This document shows positions 37,845 to 46,012 of a DNA stretch of 64,000 nucleotides, piece by piece. Source of the stretch: Flavobacterium sp. (lineage in GTDB: Bacteria; Bacteroidota; Bacteroidia; Flavobacteriales; Flavobacteriaceae); NCBI GenBank assembly GCA_043772535.1, contig JAYVGC010000063.1, forward strand, positions 4,613 to 68,612, in the 5' to 3' direction. The stretch's first letter is position 1; the number at the start of each line of letters is the position of its first letter. The position numbers and the translations under genes are program-made. The notes below the pieces were generated by a model. It worked only from the letters and a program-made list of their open reading frames with translations, did not search any database and was not told the origin of the DNA.

Positions 37845-38504
37845 ATGGCCATAAATTTAACAAAAGGACAAAAAATTGATTTACGAAAATCAAGCGGCGA
37901 GACATTAACAAATTTTTGTGTAGGCGTAAACTGGGGAGCAATAGAAACAAAAGCATTCTTTGGATTATCAAAAAATATAAAAGACGTTGATTTGGATTTA
38001 AGTTGCATCCTAATTGACGACCAAAACAAGCTTTGCGATCATTTATATTCACCTTTATATCGAGTTGAAGTGTTGCAACAATTTGGTTTGCCAAAAGGTA
38101 AATTATTAACTTCAGATGGTGCTTTAAAACATACAGGCGATGATCTTGCTGGCGATAAAGGAGGCGACGATGGCTTGGATAATGAAATTATAACCGTAGA
38201 TTTGTCTAAGGTAGATGCAAAAGTTACCCAAATATTTTTCTTTTTGAACAATGCTGGAAACGAAGATTTTTCACAAATTCCGTATGCAAAAATCAGAATG
38301 TACGAAGGCACACCAACACGAGTAGTTTCAGAATTTGCGTCGTATAATGTTGCTGCTGATGCGCAATATATAAACAAACGATCCATTATTATGGGTAAAT
38401 TATACAAACGAAATAACGAATGGAAATTTAGCGCTATTGGTGATCCTACCGAAGATACTTTTTTAGGACAAACTATTCATAAAATTATTCAATCGTACTT
38501 GTAA
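37845..38504 (+). CDS. diverged TerD-domain protein (paralog 5, longer type)
   Basis: Has 'MAINLTKGQKIDLRK', 'VGVNWGAIETKAFFG', 'HTGDDLAGDKGGDDGLDNEIITVD'. Resembles paralog 3. Confidence 0.85.
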   Translation: MAINLTKGQKIDLRKSSGETLTNFCVGVNWGAIETKAFFGLSKNIKDVDLDLSCILIDDQNKLCDHLYSPLYRVEVLQQFGLPKGKLLTSDGALKHTGDDLAGDKGGDDGLDNEIITVDLSKVDAKVTQIFFFLNNAGNEDFSQIPYAKIRMYEGTPTRVVSEFASYNVAADAQYINKRSIIMGKLYKRNNEWKFSAIGDPTEDTFLGQTIHKIIQSYL

Positions 38505-38917
38505 TGGAAATTAAAAATATAAACGGACTTAGCGTTTCTGAAATAAAACAATTGGTGCAACAAGGAGGTAAATTTGTTCTGTTTCCCTACACCATTTCAT
38601 TTGTACTAATGACGCTCAAAAGAAATTCAAGTATCTATTTTATTCGACCAAACGAAGGGACTTTTAAATATTCGTATGGGTATGTTTTATTAAATTTACT
38701 TGTGGGCTGGTGGGGGATTCCGTGGGGTCCTATTTATACAATTGGTGCATTATACAACCATATCATTGGTGGTAAAGAGTATACGCAATTGGTTTTAAGC
38801 GAATTAATACAAAATGACCCACAAGCTAATACCAGTACCTATGGCATTAATGATATGATTACTGCAACTCAAGAAAACAGTAGCATCAAACCCGAAACGT
38901 ATACTATTCCATCCTAA
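38504..38917 (+). CDS. small putative membrane protein
   Basis: TAATG overlap with the upstream TerD gene. Two hydrophobic segments: 'FVLFPYTISFVLMTL' and 'YVLLNLLVGWWGIPWGPIYTIGALY'. Confidence 0.55.
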   Translation: MEIKNINGLSVSEIKQLVQQGGKFVLFPYTISFVLMTLKRNSSIYFIRPNEGTFKYSYGYVLLNLLVGWWGIPWGPIYTIGALYNHIIGGKEYTQLVLSELIQNDPQANTSTYGINDMITATQENSSIKPETYTIPS

Positions 38918-38932
38918 ATAAAAAATATTAAA

Positions 38933-39571
38933 ATGAGAAGACTACCTGTATATTTGCTATTAGACACGTCAGGATCAATGTCAGGCGAGCCAATTGAAGC
39001 TGTAAAAAATGGAGTTCAAATAATGATTAGTTCCTTACGCCAAAATCCACAAGCTATTGAAACAGCCTTTTTAAGTGTAATAACTTTTGATAGTACAGCA
39101 CAACAAATTATTCCGTTGACTGATTTAGCCTCTTTTCAAATGGTAGATATTAAAGCAACCGGAGTTACGGCTCTTGGCGAAGCTTTAAAATTAGTTGCTC
39201 ATAAAATTGATACCGAAGTTCAAAAAACAACTCCCGAACAAAAAGGAGATTGGAAACCTTTGGTTTTTATTATGACTGATGGTATTCCTACCGATGATTG
39301 GCAAAGTGGCTTAAATGAATTTAAAAAATCTAAAGTTGCCTTTACAGTTGCTTGTGCAGCAGGCAGTGGCGCTGATGCTAAAATTTTAAAACAAATTACC
39401 GATAATGTAGTGAGTTTAGATACTGCTGATAGTGCTAGTATTGGTAAATTCTTTCAATGGGTAACCGCTTCAATCGGCGTAAGTTCGACAAAAGTAGAAG
39501 ACTCTGGAAAAGAGGTTACGGGTTTAAAAGAACTCCCTCCTCCTCCATCGGAATTAAATATCGTAGTTTAA
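38933..39571 (+). CDS. TerY-like von Willebrand factor A (vWA) domain protein, paralog 1
   Basis: Has 'MRRLPVYLLLDTSGSMSGEPI' (MIDAS DxSxS), 'IMTDGIPTDDW', and a C-terminal 'ELPPPPSELNIVV'. Confidence 0.88.
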   Translation: MRRLPVYLLLDTSGSMSGEPIEAVKNGVQIMISSLRQNPQAIETAFLSVITFDSTAQQIIPLTDLASFQMVDIKATGVTALGEALKLVAHKIDTEVQKTTPEQKGDWKPLVFIMTDGIPTDDWQSGLNEFKKSKVAFTVACAAGSGADAKILKQITDNVVSLDTADSASIGKFFQWVTASIGVSSTKVEDSGKEVTGLKELPPPPSELNIVV

Positions 39572-39582
39572 AATAAAATAGT

Positions 39583-39741
39583 ATGGCAAAGTTTGGATTT
39601 TCATTTTCGTTAAATAGACTTTTAGGAATTACGGGTGCTAAACAAAGTTTTGCCCGAAAAACAGGAGTTCCAACTACTAAAGGTGGCGTTGAAAGAAAAT
39701 TGGGTAATTTCATAATTAAATCGTTATTCGGAAAAAAGTAA
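39583..39741 (+). CDS. small ORF (52 aa) not in the supplied track, between two vWA genes
   Basis: ATG at 39583, TAA at 39739-39741, and the next gene starts at 39743. The peptide is MAKFGFSFSLNRLLGITGAKQSFARKTGVPTTKGGVERKLGNFIIKSLFGKK. It is basic, and it fills the gap exactly. Confidence 0.45.
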   Translation: MAKFGFSFSLNRLLGITGAKQSFARKTGVPTTKGGVERKLGNFIIKSLFGKK

Positions 39742-39742
39742 C

Positions 39743-40378
39743 ATGAGACGACTACCAGTATATTTTTTATTAGATACATCGGGCTCTATGTATGGCGAAC
39801 CCATTCAAGCGTTAAATAATGCTTTGAGCGGTATGATTAACACTTTACGTTCCGATGCACAAGCACTAGATTCGCTCTGGATAAGCATCATAACCTTTGA
39901 TAGGGAAGTTAAAGAAATTGTTCCGTTAACAGAATTAGTTAGTTTTCAACTTCCAGAAATTACGTGTCCACAAAGCGGTCCTACAAATACTGGTGCTGGT
40001 TTAGAATTTGTTATTCAAAAAGTAAAAACGAATGTCATAAAAAGTTCATCAACCCAAAAAGGCGATTGGAAACCATTATTATTTGTATTTACCGACGGAA
40101 AACCATCTGACATACAGCTGTATAGACAAAAAATATCTGAAATTAAAAATTTAAATTTTGGAACTGTTGTTGGCTGTGCTGCCGGCCACATGGCAAATGA
40201 TGAAATACTTAAAGAACTAACAGATAATGTGGTTCATTTAGATTCTGCAGATAGTGCAACCCTTAAACAATTTTTTAAATGGGTTTCTGAAACAATTGAA
40301 CAGGGCAATAAAAGCCAAGGAACGGGCGAAAATACTCCATTACCGCCACCCCCAAGCGAAATAACTTTAATAATATGA
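39743..40378 (+). CDS. TerY-like vWA domain protein, paralog 2
   Basis: Has 'MRRLPVYFLLDTSGSMYGEPI', 'VFTDGKPSD', and a C-terminal 'PLPPPPSEITLII'. Confidence 0.88.
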   Translation: MRRLPVYFLLDTSGSMYGEPIQALNNALSGMINTLRSDAQALDSLWISIITFDREVKEIVPLTELVSFQLPEITCPQSGPTNTGAGLEFVIQKVKTNVIKSSSTQKGDWKPLLFVFTDGKPSDIQLYRQKISEIKNLNFGTVVGCAAGHMANDEILKELTDNVVHLDSADSATLKQFFKWVSETIEQGNKSQGTGENTPLPPPPSEITLII

Positions 40379-40629
40379 CAAAATTAATTCCAATTTTTAT
40401 AAATATCTTAATTGTAGGTTTGTTTTTATATTCAAAACTACTACCCTACAAAGACAAATTAAACCCGCAATACAAAAAGATTTTCGATTTTTTCAACAGT
40501 ATCTTTTCTCCAATCTTTAATTTTTTAAAAAATAGTATCAAACCTTTTCAGGTTGGTTTAGGATTGTCTGTTGATATGTCACAAATTGTGCTTTTAATTA
40601 TCTTTTTAATGCTTTTAAATTTTTTCTAG
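40375..40629 (+). CDS. small membrane protein, YggT-like
   Basis: ATGA overlap with the upstream vWA gene. 84 aa with two TM segments. 'FQVGLGLSVDMSQIVLLIIFLML' resembles the YggT repeat (by eye). Confidence 0.5.
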   Translation: MTKLIPIFINILIVGLFLYSKLLPYKDKLNPQYKKIFDFFNSIFSPIFNFLKNSIKPFQVGLGLSVDMSQIVLLIIFLMLLNFF

Positions 40630-40630
40630 T

Positions 40631-41683
40631 ATGCGAAGATTACCGATATATTTTTTAATAGACATTTCAGAATCAATGGTTGGCGAACCCATTCAACAAG
40701 TTGAAGAAGGTTTGGCAACAATTATTCAAACATTAAAAACAGATCCACACGCACTCGAAACTGTTTTTGTTTCTATTATTGTCTTTGCTGGTCAACCTAA
40801 AACTTTAGTGCCATTACAAGAAATAGTTAGTTTCTATCCTCCAAAATTCCCTATTGGTAGCGGAACCTCATTAAGCAAAGGTTTAGGGCATTTGATGCAC
40901 GAATTAAGAACTAATATTGTCAAAACCACTTATGAAATAAAAGGCGATTGGAAACCAATTGTATTTTTATTTACCGACGGTGTGCCAACAGATGACAGTA
41001 AAATAGCTATTAACGAGTGGAAGCAAAATTGGCAAAGTACCGCAAATTTAATTGCCGTTTCATTTGGTAATGATACAGATACAAAACTTTTAGGAGAATT
41101 AACAGATACTGTTTTAGAATTTAAAAACACCAATGTTCAATCCTATAAAGAATTTTTTAAATGGGTTACCGATTCCATAAAAACAAGCAGTATTAGCGTT
41201 GAAAGTAACGCAAACGGTTTTGAATTAGCAAAATTAGATGGGGAAACACTATCAAAAATTGATTTGACAAAAGCAACACCTAACCGCCAATTTGTAGATG
41301 ATAATTTTGTAGTGCTGAATGGTAAATGCCAAAATACCAAAAGACCTTATTTAATGAAATACCGTAAAATAATTGCACCGTCAATTTATGCAGGTATTGA
41401 ATTAGGTACAAAAAGCTACCGCTTAGTTGGAGCGTATCAAGTTGATACTTCTTACTTTGAATTGGCAGACAGTGCCACTTTTAGCAATAAAGTAAATACA
41501 GACGAATTAATTGGTGCTCCAACTTGTACGTGTTGTGGCAATCAAATTGCGTTTGCTGTTTGCAGTTGCGGTAAAATACATTGTATTGGTGATGAAGTAA
41601 TAAGCACTTGCCCATGGTGCGGCAATCAAGGAACTTATGGCAATGGTGCTGGAGGTTTTGACGTAAATAGAACACAAGGATAA
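40631..41683 (+). CDS. TerY-like vWA domain protein, paralog 3, with a C-terminal Cys-rich (zinc-ribbon-like) extension
   Basis: Has 'MRRLPIYFLIDISESMVGEPI', 'LFTDGVPTDD', and a C-terminal 'CTCCGNQIAFAVCSCGKIHCIGDEVISTCPWCGNQ'. Confidence 0.88.
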   Translation: MRRLPIYFLIDISESMVGEPIQQVEEGLATIIQTLKTDPHALETVFVSIIVFAGQPKTLVPLQEIVSFYPPKFPIGSGTSLSKGLGHLMHELRTNIVKTTYEIKGDWKPIVFLFTDGVPTDDSKIAINEWKQNWQSTANLIAVSFGNDTDTKLLGELTDTVLEFKNTNVQSYKEFFKWVTDSIKTSSISVESNANGFELAKLDGETLSKIDLTKATPNRQFVDDNFVVLNGKCQNTKRPYLMKYRKIIAPSIYAGIELGTKSYRLVGAYQVDTSYFELADSATFSNKVNTDELIGAPTCTCCGNQIAFAVCSCGKIHCIGDEVISTCPWCGNQGTYGNGAGGFDVNRTQG

Positions 41684-41686
41684 TTT

Positions 41687-43096
41687 ATGGAAGATGCAAA
41701 AAAATATATTCAAGCATTTTTATCACAAAACAAAATAGAAATTCCTTCAAAAAAACGGTCTCTTTTTGATGAATTTATTGCCAATGAAACAAATATAAAT
41801 TCCGTAAAAATAATTCAAGAAAATCAAAAAATGATTATGGCAAATTGGACCTTAAAAACTCGAATTGACGATATTATTTTACAAGCAGTATCATTACCAA
41901 ACGGCACTGTAAATAAAAAATATGAATCAAAAATTGATTTTATTAAATTGGGTTGGAATGATGTTATTTATTCAGAAATTAAGGGTTTAGAAGAAACAGG
42001 ACTTGAATTTGATAACGAAAAAGAATTGCTTTTTGGAAATCCGTTAATAAGTGGCGATTTAAAAATAAGATTGTTATTTCGAATTGAAGGAGAAGCAAAA
42101 GATTCTAAATTAAATGAAAAAACAATAACACTTATTATCAATCCAGATCCTAAATCATTATGGAAAGACATTGAAAGTGATAAAAATGATCCTTACTGGA
42201 AAGATGACAATGTTGCTATTTCTAATAAATTTTTAGATAAAAATATAGTAATAGCGTCAAAACGTGGAAGAAGTCACGCCAATGTGGGTTCTTTTAGAGA
42301 TGATGATTTTGCCTTCAAGAATATCAACGAAACTGGTTGGAGTGTGTTAGCCGTTTCAGATGGTGCAGGTTCGGCAAGTTTATCAAGACAAGGTTCTAAA
42401 ATGTCTTGTGATTTAGTACTATCCTATTTTGAAGAAAACTTTACTGACGAATATTTAAAAGAATTTGATGAAACATTATTGAATCATCACAATAAAACGG
42501 ATGAAGATTCTTCAAAAAAAATAAGTCACTTTGTTTATGATACTCTTTCAAAAGCAGCTTGGTTTGTTCATAAGGAATTAGAGAAATTTGCCATAAAATC
42601 AGAAAAACCGTTACGAGATTTTCACGCCACTTTGATTTTTGCTTTAGTCAAAAAATACGATTTTGGATATGCAATACTAACTTTTGGTGTTGGCGATTGC
42701 CCAATTGGATTATTAAATAAAGATGTAACCGAAATTAAATTAATGAATTGGTTGGATGTTGGAGATTTTGGTGGTGGAACTCGTTTTATTACAATGCCAG
42801 AAATATTCCAAAGTGATAAATTTTCAACACGATTTGGTTTTACATTGGTTGCTGATTTCTCTTATTTGATGTTGATGACAGATGGAATCTATGATCCAAA
42901 ATTTGTTGTAGAAGCTAATTTAGAAAAAATAGAAAAATGGAAAGAATTCATAGAAGATTTACAAGGGAAAAATGGTGATAGTTGTAAAGTTAATTTTACA
43001 AAAGAAAATGTAGCAATTGCAAATCAACTTTCTACTTGGATGGACTTTTGGAATCCGGGTAATCACGACGACCGAACTCTTGCAATAATCTATTAG
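41687..43096 (+). CDS. PP2C-family Ser/Thr protein phosphatase with an N-terminal extension (TerY-P triad phosphatase)
   Basis: Has 'SVLAVSDGAGSASLSRQGS', 'LMLMTDGIYD', 'NHDDRTLAII'. 469 aa. Confidence 0.82.
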   Translation: MEDAKKYIQAFLSQNKIEIPSKKRSLFDEFIANETNINSVKIIQENQKMIMANWTLKTRIDDIILQAVSLPNGTVNKKYESKIDFIKLGWNDVIYSEIKGLEETGLEFDNEKELLFGNPLISGDLKIRLLFRIEGEAKDSKLNEKTITLIINPDPKSLWKDIESDKNDPYWKDDNVAISNKFLDKNIVIASKRGRSHANVGSFRDDDFAFKNINETGWSVLAVSDGAGSASLSRQGSKMSCDLVLSYFEENFTDEYLKEFDETLLNHHNKTDEDSSKKISHFVYDTLSKAAWFVHKELEKFAIKSEKPLRDFHATLIFALVKKYDFGYAILTFGVGDCPIGLLNKDVTEIKLMNWLDVGDFGGGTRFITMPEIFQSDKFSTRFGFTLVADFSYLMLMTDGIYDPKFVVEANLEKIEKWKEFIEDLQGKNGDSCKVNFTKENVAIANQLSTWMDFWNPGNHDDRTLAIIY

Positions 43097-43099
43097 ACG

Positions 43100-44611
43100 A
43101 TGAAAACAATAACTGTAAAATCGATTAATAATACCTCAAAAACGTATCAGTTTGTAGATAATGGCGAACCTATGCGTGGCGGTGTAAAAGATGTATTTTT
43201 TAGTCCTGATAAAAAATATGTTGTAGCCATTTTTAGAGATAAATTAGACTTTAATCAAAAAGAAAGACTGCAAAAAATAACCAATTATTATTTACCCCAA
43301 ATTCAAACTAAAGAAGCAGGAGATTATTATTTAAACGAAGTGTTTCGTTGGCCAACAGATGTTATTGAGTATAATGGATTGACGGGAATAATTGTACCCA
43401 TCTATAATTCTAAATTTTTCTTTAAAAAAGGATATGAAACCAGTGATTTGATTCAAGGTAAAGAAAAAAATGGCAAATGGTTTGCAGGACCTAAATTCAG
43501 AAATCCTCAATTTCCCCTAAGGATTGCTAAATCAGAATTAGGTGATTGGTTGAGTTATTTTCAAGTTTGCGTTAATTTGACTCGTGGTGTCAAAAAAATG
43601 CACGCAATGGGATTGTCTCATTCTGATTTATCGTACAATAATGTTTTGATCGATCCTGTTGAAAAATCGGCATGCATGATTGATTTAGACGGATTAGTTG
43701 TACCTGGTTTGTTTCAAGCTGAAGTGATAGGTACCGCTGAATTTATAGCCCCAGAAGTACTTTCTACCAAACATTTAAGCAAAACAGACCCGAATAGAAA
43801 ACTACCAAACAGATTAACCGATTTACATGCGTTACCAGTACTTATTTACATGTTTCTTTTACATCGACATCCTTTAAAAGGAGGTAAAGTTCACGATTTA
43901 GATACTGAAAAAGATGATTTATTGTCAATGGGTGCGAAAGCAATGTTTATTGAACATCCAAAAGATGCAACCAATAGACCTAAATTAAACCAGGTTTCTA
44001 AATGGGACTTGCCTTGGGCTGATATTGCAAAACTTCCGTATTCTATTACTGGTCCGTATTTAAAAACATTGTTTGACAAAGTTTTTATCGACGGTTTGCA
44101 CAATCCAATGCAAAGACCCACTGCCGAAGAATGGGAAATAGGATTGCTAAAAACAACCGATTTAATGCAGAAATGCCACAATGTTTATTGTGAACAAAAA
44201 TGGTATGTTTTTGACAATACAAATACGCCTAAATGCCCATTTTGCGGTACAGCTCATAAAGGAACTTTACCAATTTTAGATTTATATTACCAATTTAAAG
44301 AATCGGTATGGAAACCTGAAAATCATAGACTGATGGTTTATGACAATCAATATTTGTTTCAATGGCATGTTAATAGGAATGTGAACAGAAACGAAAAAAC
44401 AACAGCCGACCAGAAAATTCCAGTTGGTTATTTCACATTTCATAATAATAAATGGGTTTTCGTAAATCAAAAATTAGCATCGATGAAAGATGTAACCGAA
44501 GATAAAGAAATTCCGATTGGTTCAATGGTAGCATTAACGGACGGTAAAAAACTTCTATTGTCAAAAGAAGATGGAGGACGAGTAGTAGTAATAACAATGG
44601 CAAATAAATAA
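43100..44611 (+). CDS. Ser/Thr protein kinase-like protein with a zinc ribbon and a C-terminal domain (TerY-P triad kinase)
   Basis: Catalytic loop 'GLSHSDLSYNNVLID', DFG-equivalent 'MIDLDGL', 'FIAPEV', and a zinc ribbon 'CHNVYCEQKWYVFDNTNTPKCPFCG'. Confidence 0.82.
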   Translation: MKTITVKSINNTSKTYQFVDNGEPMRGGVKDVFFSPDKKYVVAIFRDKLDFNQKERLQKITNYYLPQIQTKEAGDYYLNEVFRWPTDVIEYNGLTGIIVPIYNSKFFFKKGYETSDLIQGKEKNGKWFAGPKFRNPQFPLRIAKSELGDWLSYFQVCVNLTRGVKKMHAMGLSHSDLSYNNVLIDPVEKSACMIDLDGLVVPGLFQAEVIGTAEFIAPEVLSTKHLSKTDPNRKLPNRLTDLHALPVLIYMFLLHRHPLKGGKVHDLDTEKDDLLSMGAKAMFIEHPKDATNRPKLNQVSKWDLPWADIAKLPYSITGPYLKTLFDKVFIDGLHNPMQRPTAEEWEIGLLKTTDLMQKCHNVYCEQKWYVFDNTNTPKCPFCGTAHKGTLPILDLYYQFKESVWKPENHRLMVYDNQYLFQWHVNRNVNRNEKTTADQKIPVGYFTFHNNKWVFVNQKLASMKDVTEDKEIPIGSMVALTDGKKLLLSKEDGGRVVVITMANK

Positions 44612-44639
44612 AATAAAAATTAACTTTTAAATTAAACAA

Positions 44640-45641
44640 ATGAACAATCATCCAATTTTTTCAGAACATCCTTGGCTAATAGTCACTTTTGCAGTAGCCG
44701 TATTTATAATGTTAATTCTAGATTTAGGAGTTTTTAATAAAAAAAGCCATTCTGTAACCAACAAAGAAGCCGTTATTTGGTCTTGTGTTTGGATATCTTT
44801 AGCAATGATATTTAGTGGACTGGTTTATAATTTTGCTGGATCAGCTAAATTTTATGAATTTCAATCAGCCTATTGGATCGAAAAAGCACTTTCCGTCGAT
44901 AATTTATTTGTATTTATTTTAGTTTTTAAATTTTTTGATGTCGCCAACGAAAACAAACATAAAGTATTATTTTGGGGTATTGTAGGCGCCCTAGTTTTAC
45001 GTGCCTTATTTATTTTTTCTGGTGCCTATTTAATCGAATTAACCTACTTAAACAAACTACTTGGTCTTGCTGGCATTCAAGGTTTTAAATACGACATCAA
45101 CCTAATCATGACTGCTTTTGGTTTATTTTTAGTTTATGCAGGTATTAAATCATGGTCCGCAGGTGACGAAGACGATGACCAGGATTATAACGATACGAGA
45201 GGCGCAAAATTAATCCGTAAATTTTTTAACGTAAGTGATAAATACGTAGGCGATAAATTTTTTACAATCGAAAACGGTAAAAAATTAGCTACACCCTTGC
45301 TAGTTGTTGTAGCAGTAATTGAATTTACCGATTTGCTTTTTGCAGTAGATTCGATACCCGCAATTTTTGCCATATCAAATGATCCATTTATACTGTACAC
45401 CTCTAATATTTTTGCAATACTTGGTTTACGTGCCTTATTTTTTCTTTTGGATAATTTCATCCATTTATTTAGTAAACTAACGTATGGCTTGGCATTTATT
45501 CTTTCATTTATAGGTATTAAAATGATCATTTCGCCTTTCTACCATATTGATTCTGTCTACTCGCTTATTGTAATAGGTGGTATTTTAGTACTATCCGTGC
45601 TTGCATCTGTATTGTTTCCAACCAAAGAAGAGCAAGAATAG
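44640..45641 (+). CDS. terC: TerC-family integral membrane protein
   Basis: Has 'LSVDNLFVFILVF', 'ALVLRALFI', 'FAVDSIPAIFAIS', 'TSNIFAILGLRALFFLL'. Confidence 0.9.
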   Translation: MNNHPIFSEHPWLIVTFAVAVFIMLILDLGVFNKKSHSVTNKEAVIWSCVWISLAMIFSGLVYNFAGSAKFYEFQSAYWIEKALSVDNLFVFILVFKFFDVANENKHKVLFWGIVGALVLRALFIFSGAYLIELTYLNKLLGLAGIQGFKYDINLIMTAFGLFLVYAGIKSWSAGDEDDDQDYNDTRGAKLIRKFFNVSDKYVGDKFFTIENGKKLATPLLVVVAVIEFTDLLFAVDSIPAIFAISNDPFILYTSNIFAILGLRALFFLLDNFIHLFSKLTYGLAFILSFIGIKMIISPFYHIDSVYSLIVIGGILVLSVLASVLFPTKEEQE

Positions 45642-45664
45642 TATATTAGTTATAAAGTTTATAC

Positions 45665-45708
45665 ACAACAGGCAACACTATCAAAAAAATGATAGTGTTG
45701 CCTGTTGT
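45665..45708 (+). terminator. perfect 19-bp stem / 6-nt loop hairpin downstream of terC (candidate terminator)
   Basis: 'acaacaggcaacactatca aaaaaa tgatagtgttgcctgttgt', verified as an exact inverted repeat. No strong T-tract follows, so terminator function is uncertain. Confidence 0.5.
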
Positions 45709-46012
45709 ATTGCGATAACCTACGTTAATACGTATGTACTGCAACAATACTAATAAACCTGTCAAAAAAATTATTAGATTCAAGATATTAAATGCTTTGG
45801 TTATTATAAACAATACTCGAAAACACTACAATTAAGCCTAAATACTGTGCCGTTGGCCGGTTAACAACCACTTTACAAAGTAAACTATAACTGCTATTTA
45901 TGGCACTTATAAAATGGATGCTGGCCAAAAAAGTACAATTAAAACATTTTTCATGGCTTGTTTTATTTTATATCAAGTACATTTGATAACCATAACATTA
46001 AAAAATTAAATT

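Noticed and set aside
44612-44639. yybP-ykoY (Mn2+) riboswitch upstream of the TerC-family gene.
   Set aside because: Only 28 nt separate the kinase stop from the terC start, far too short for the riboswitch.
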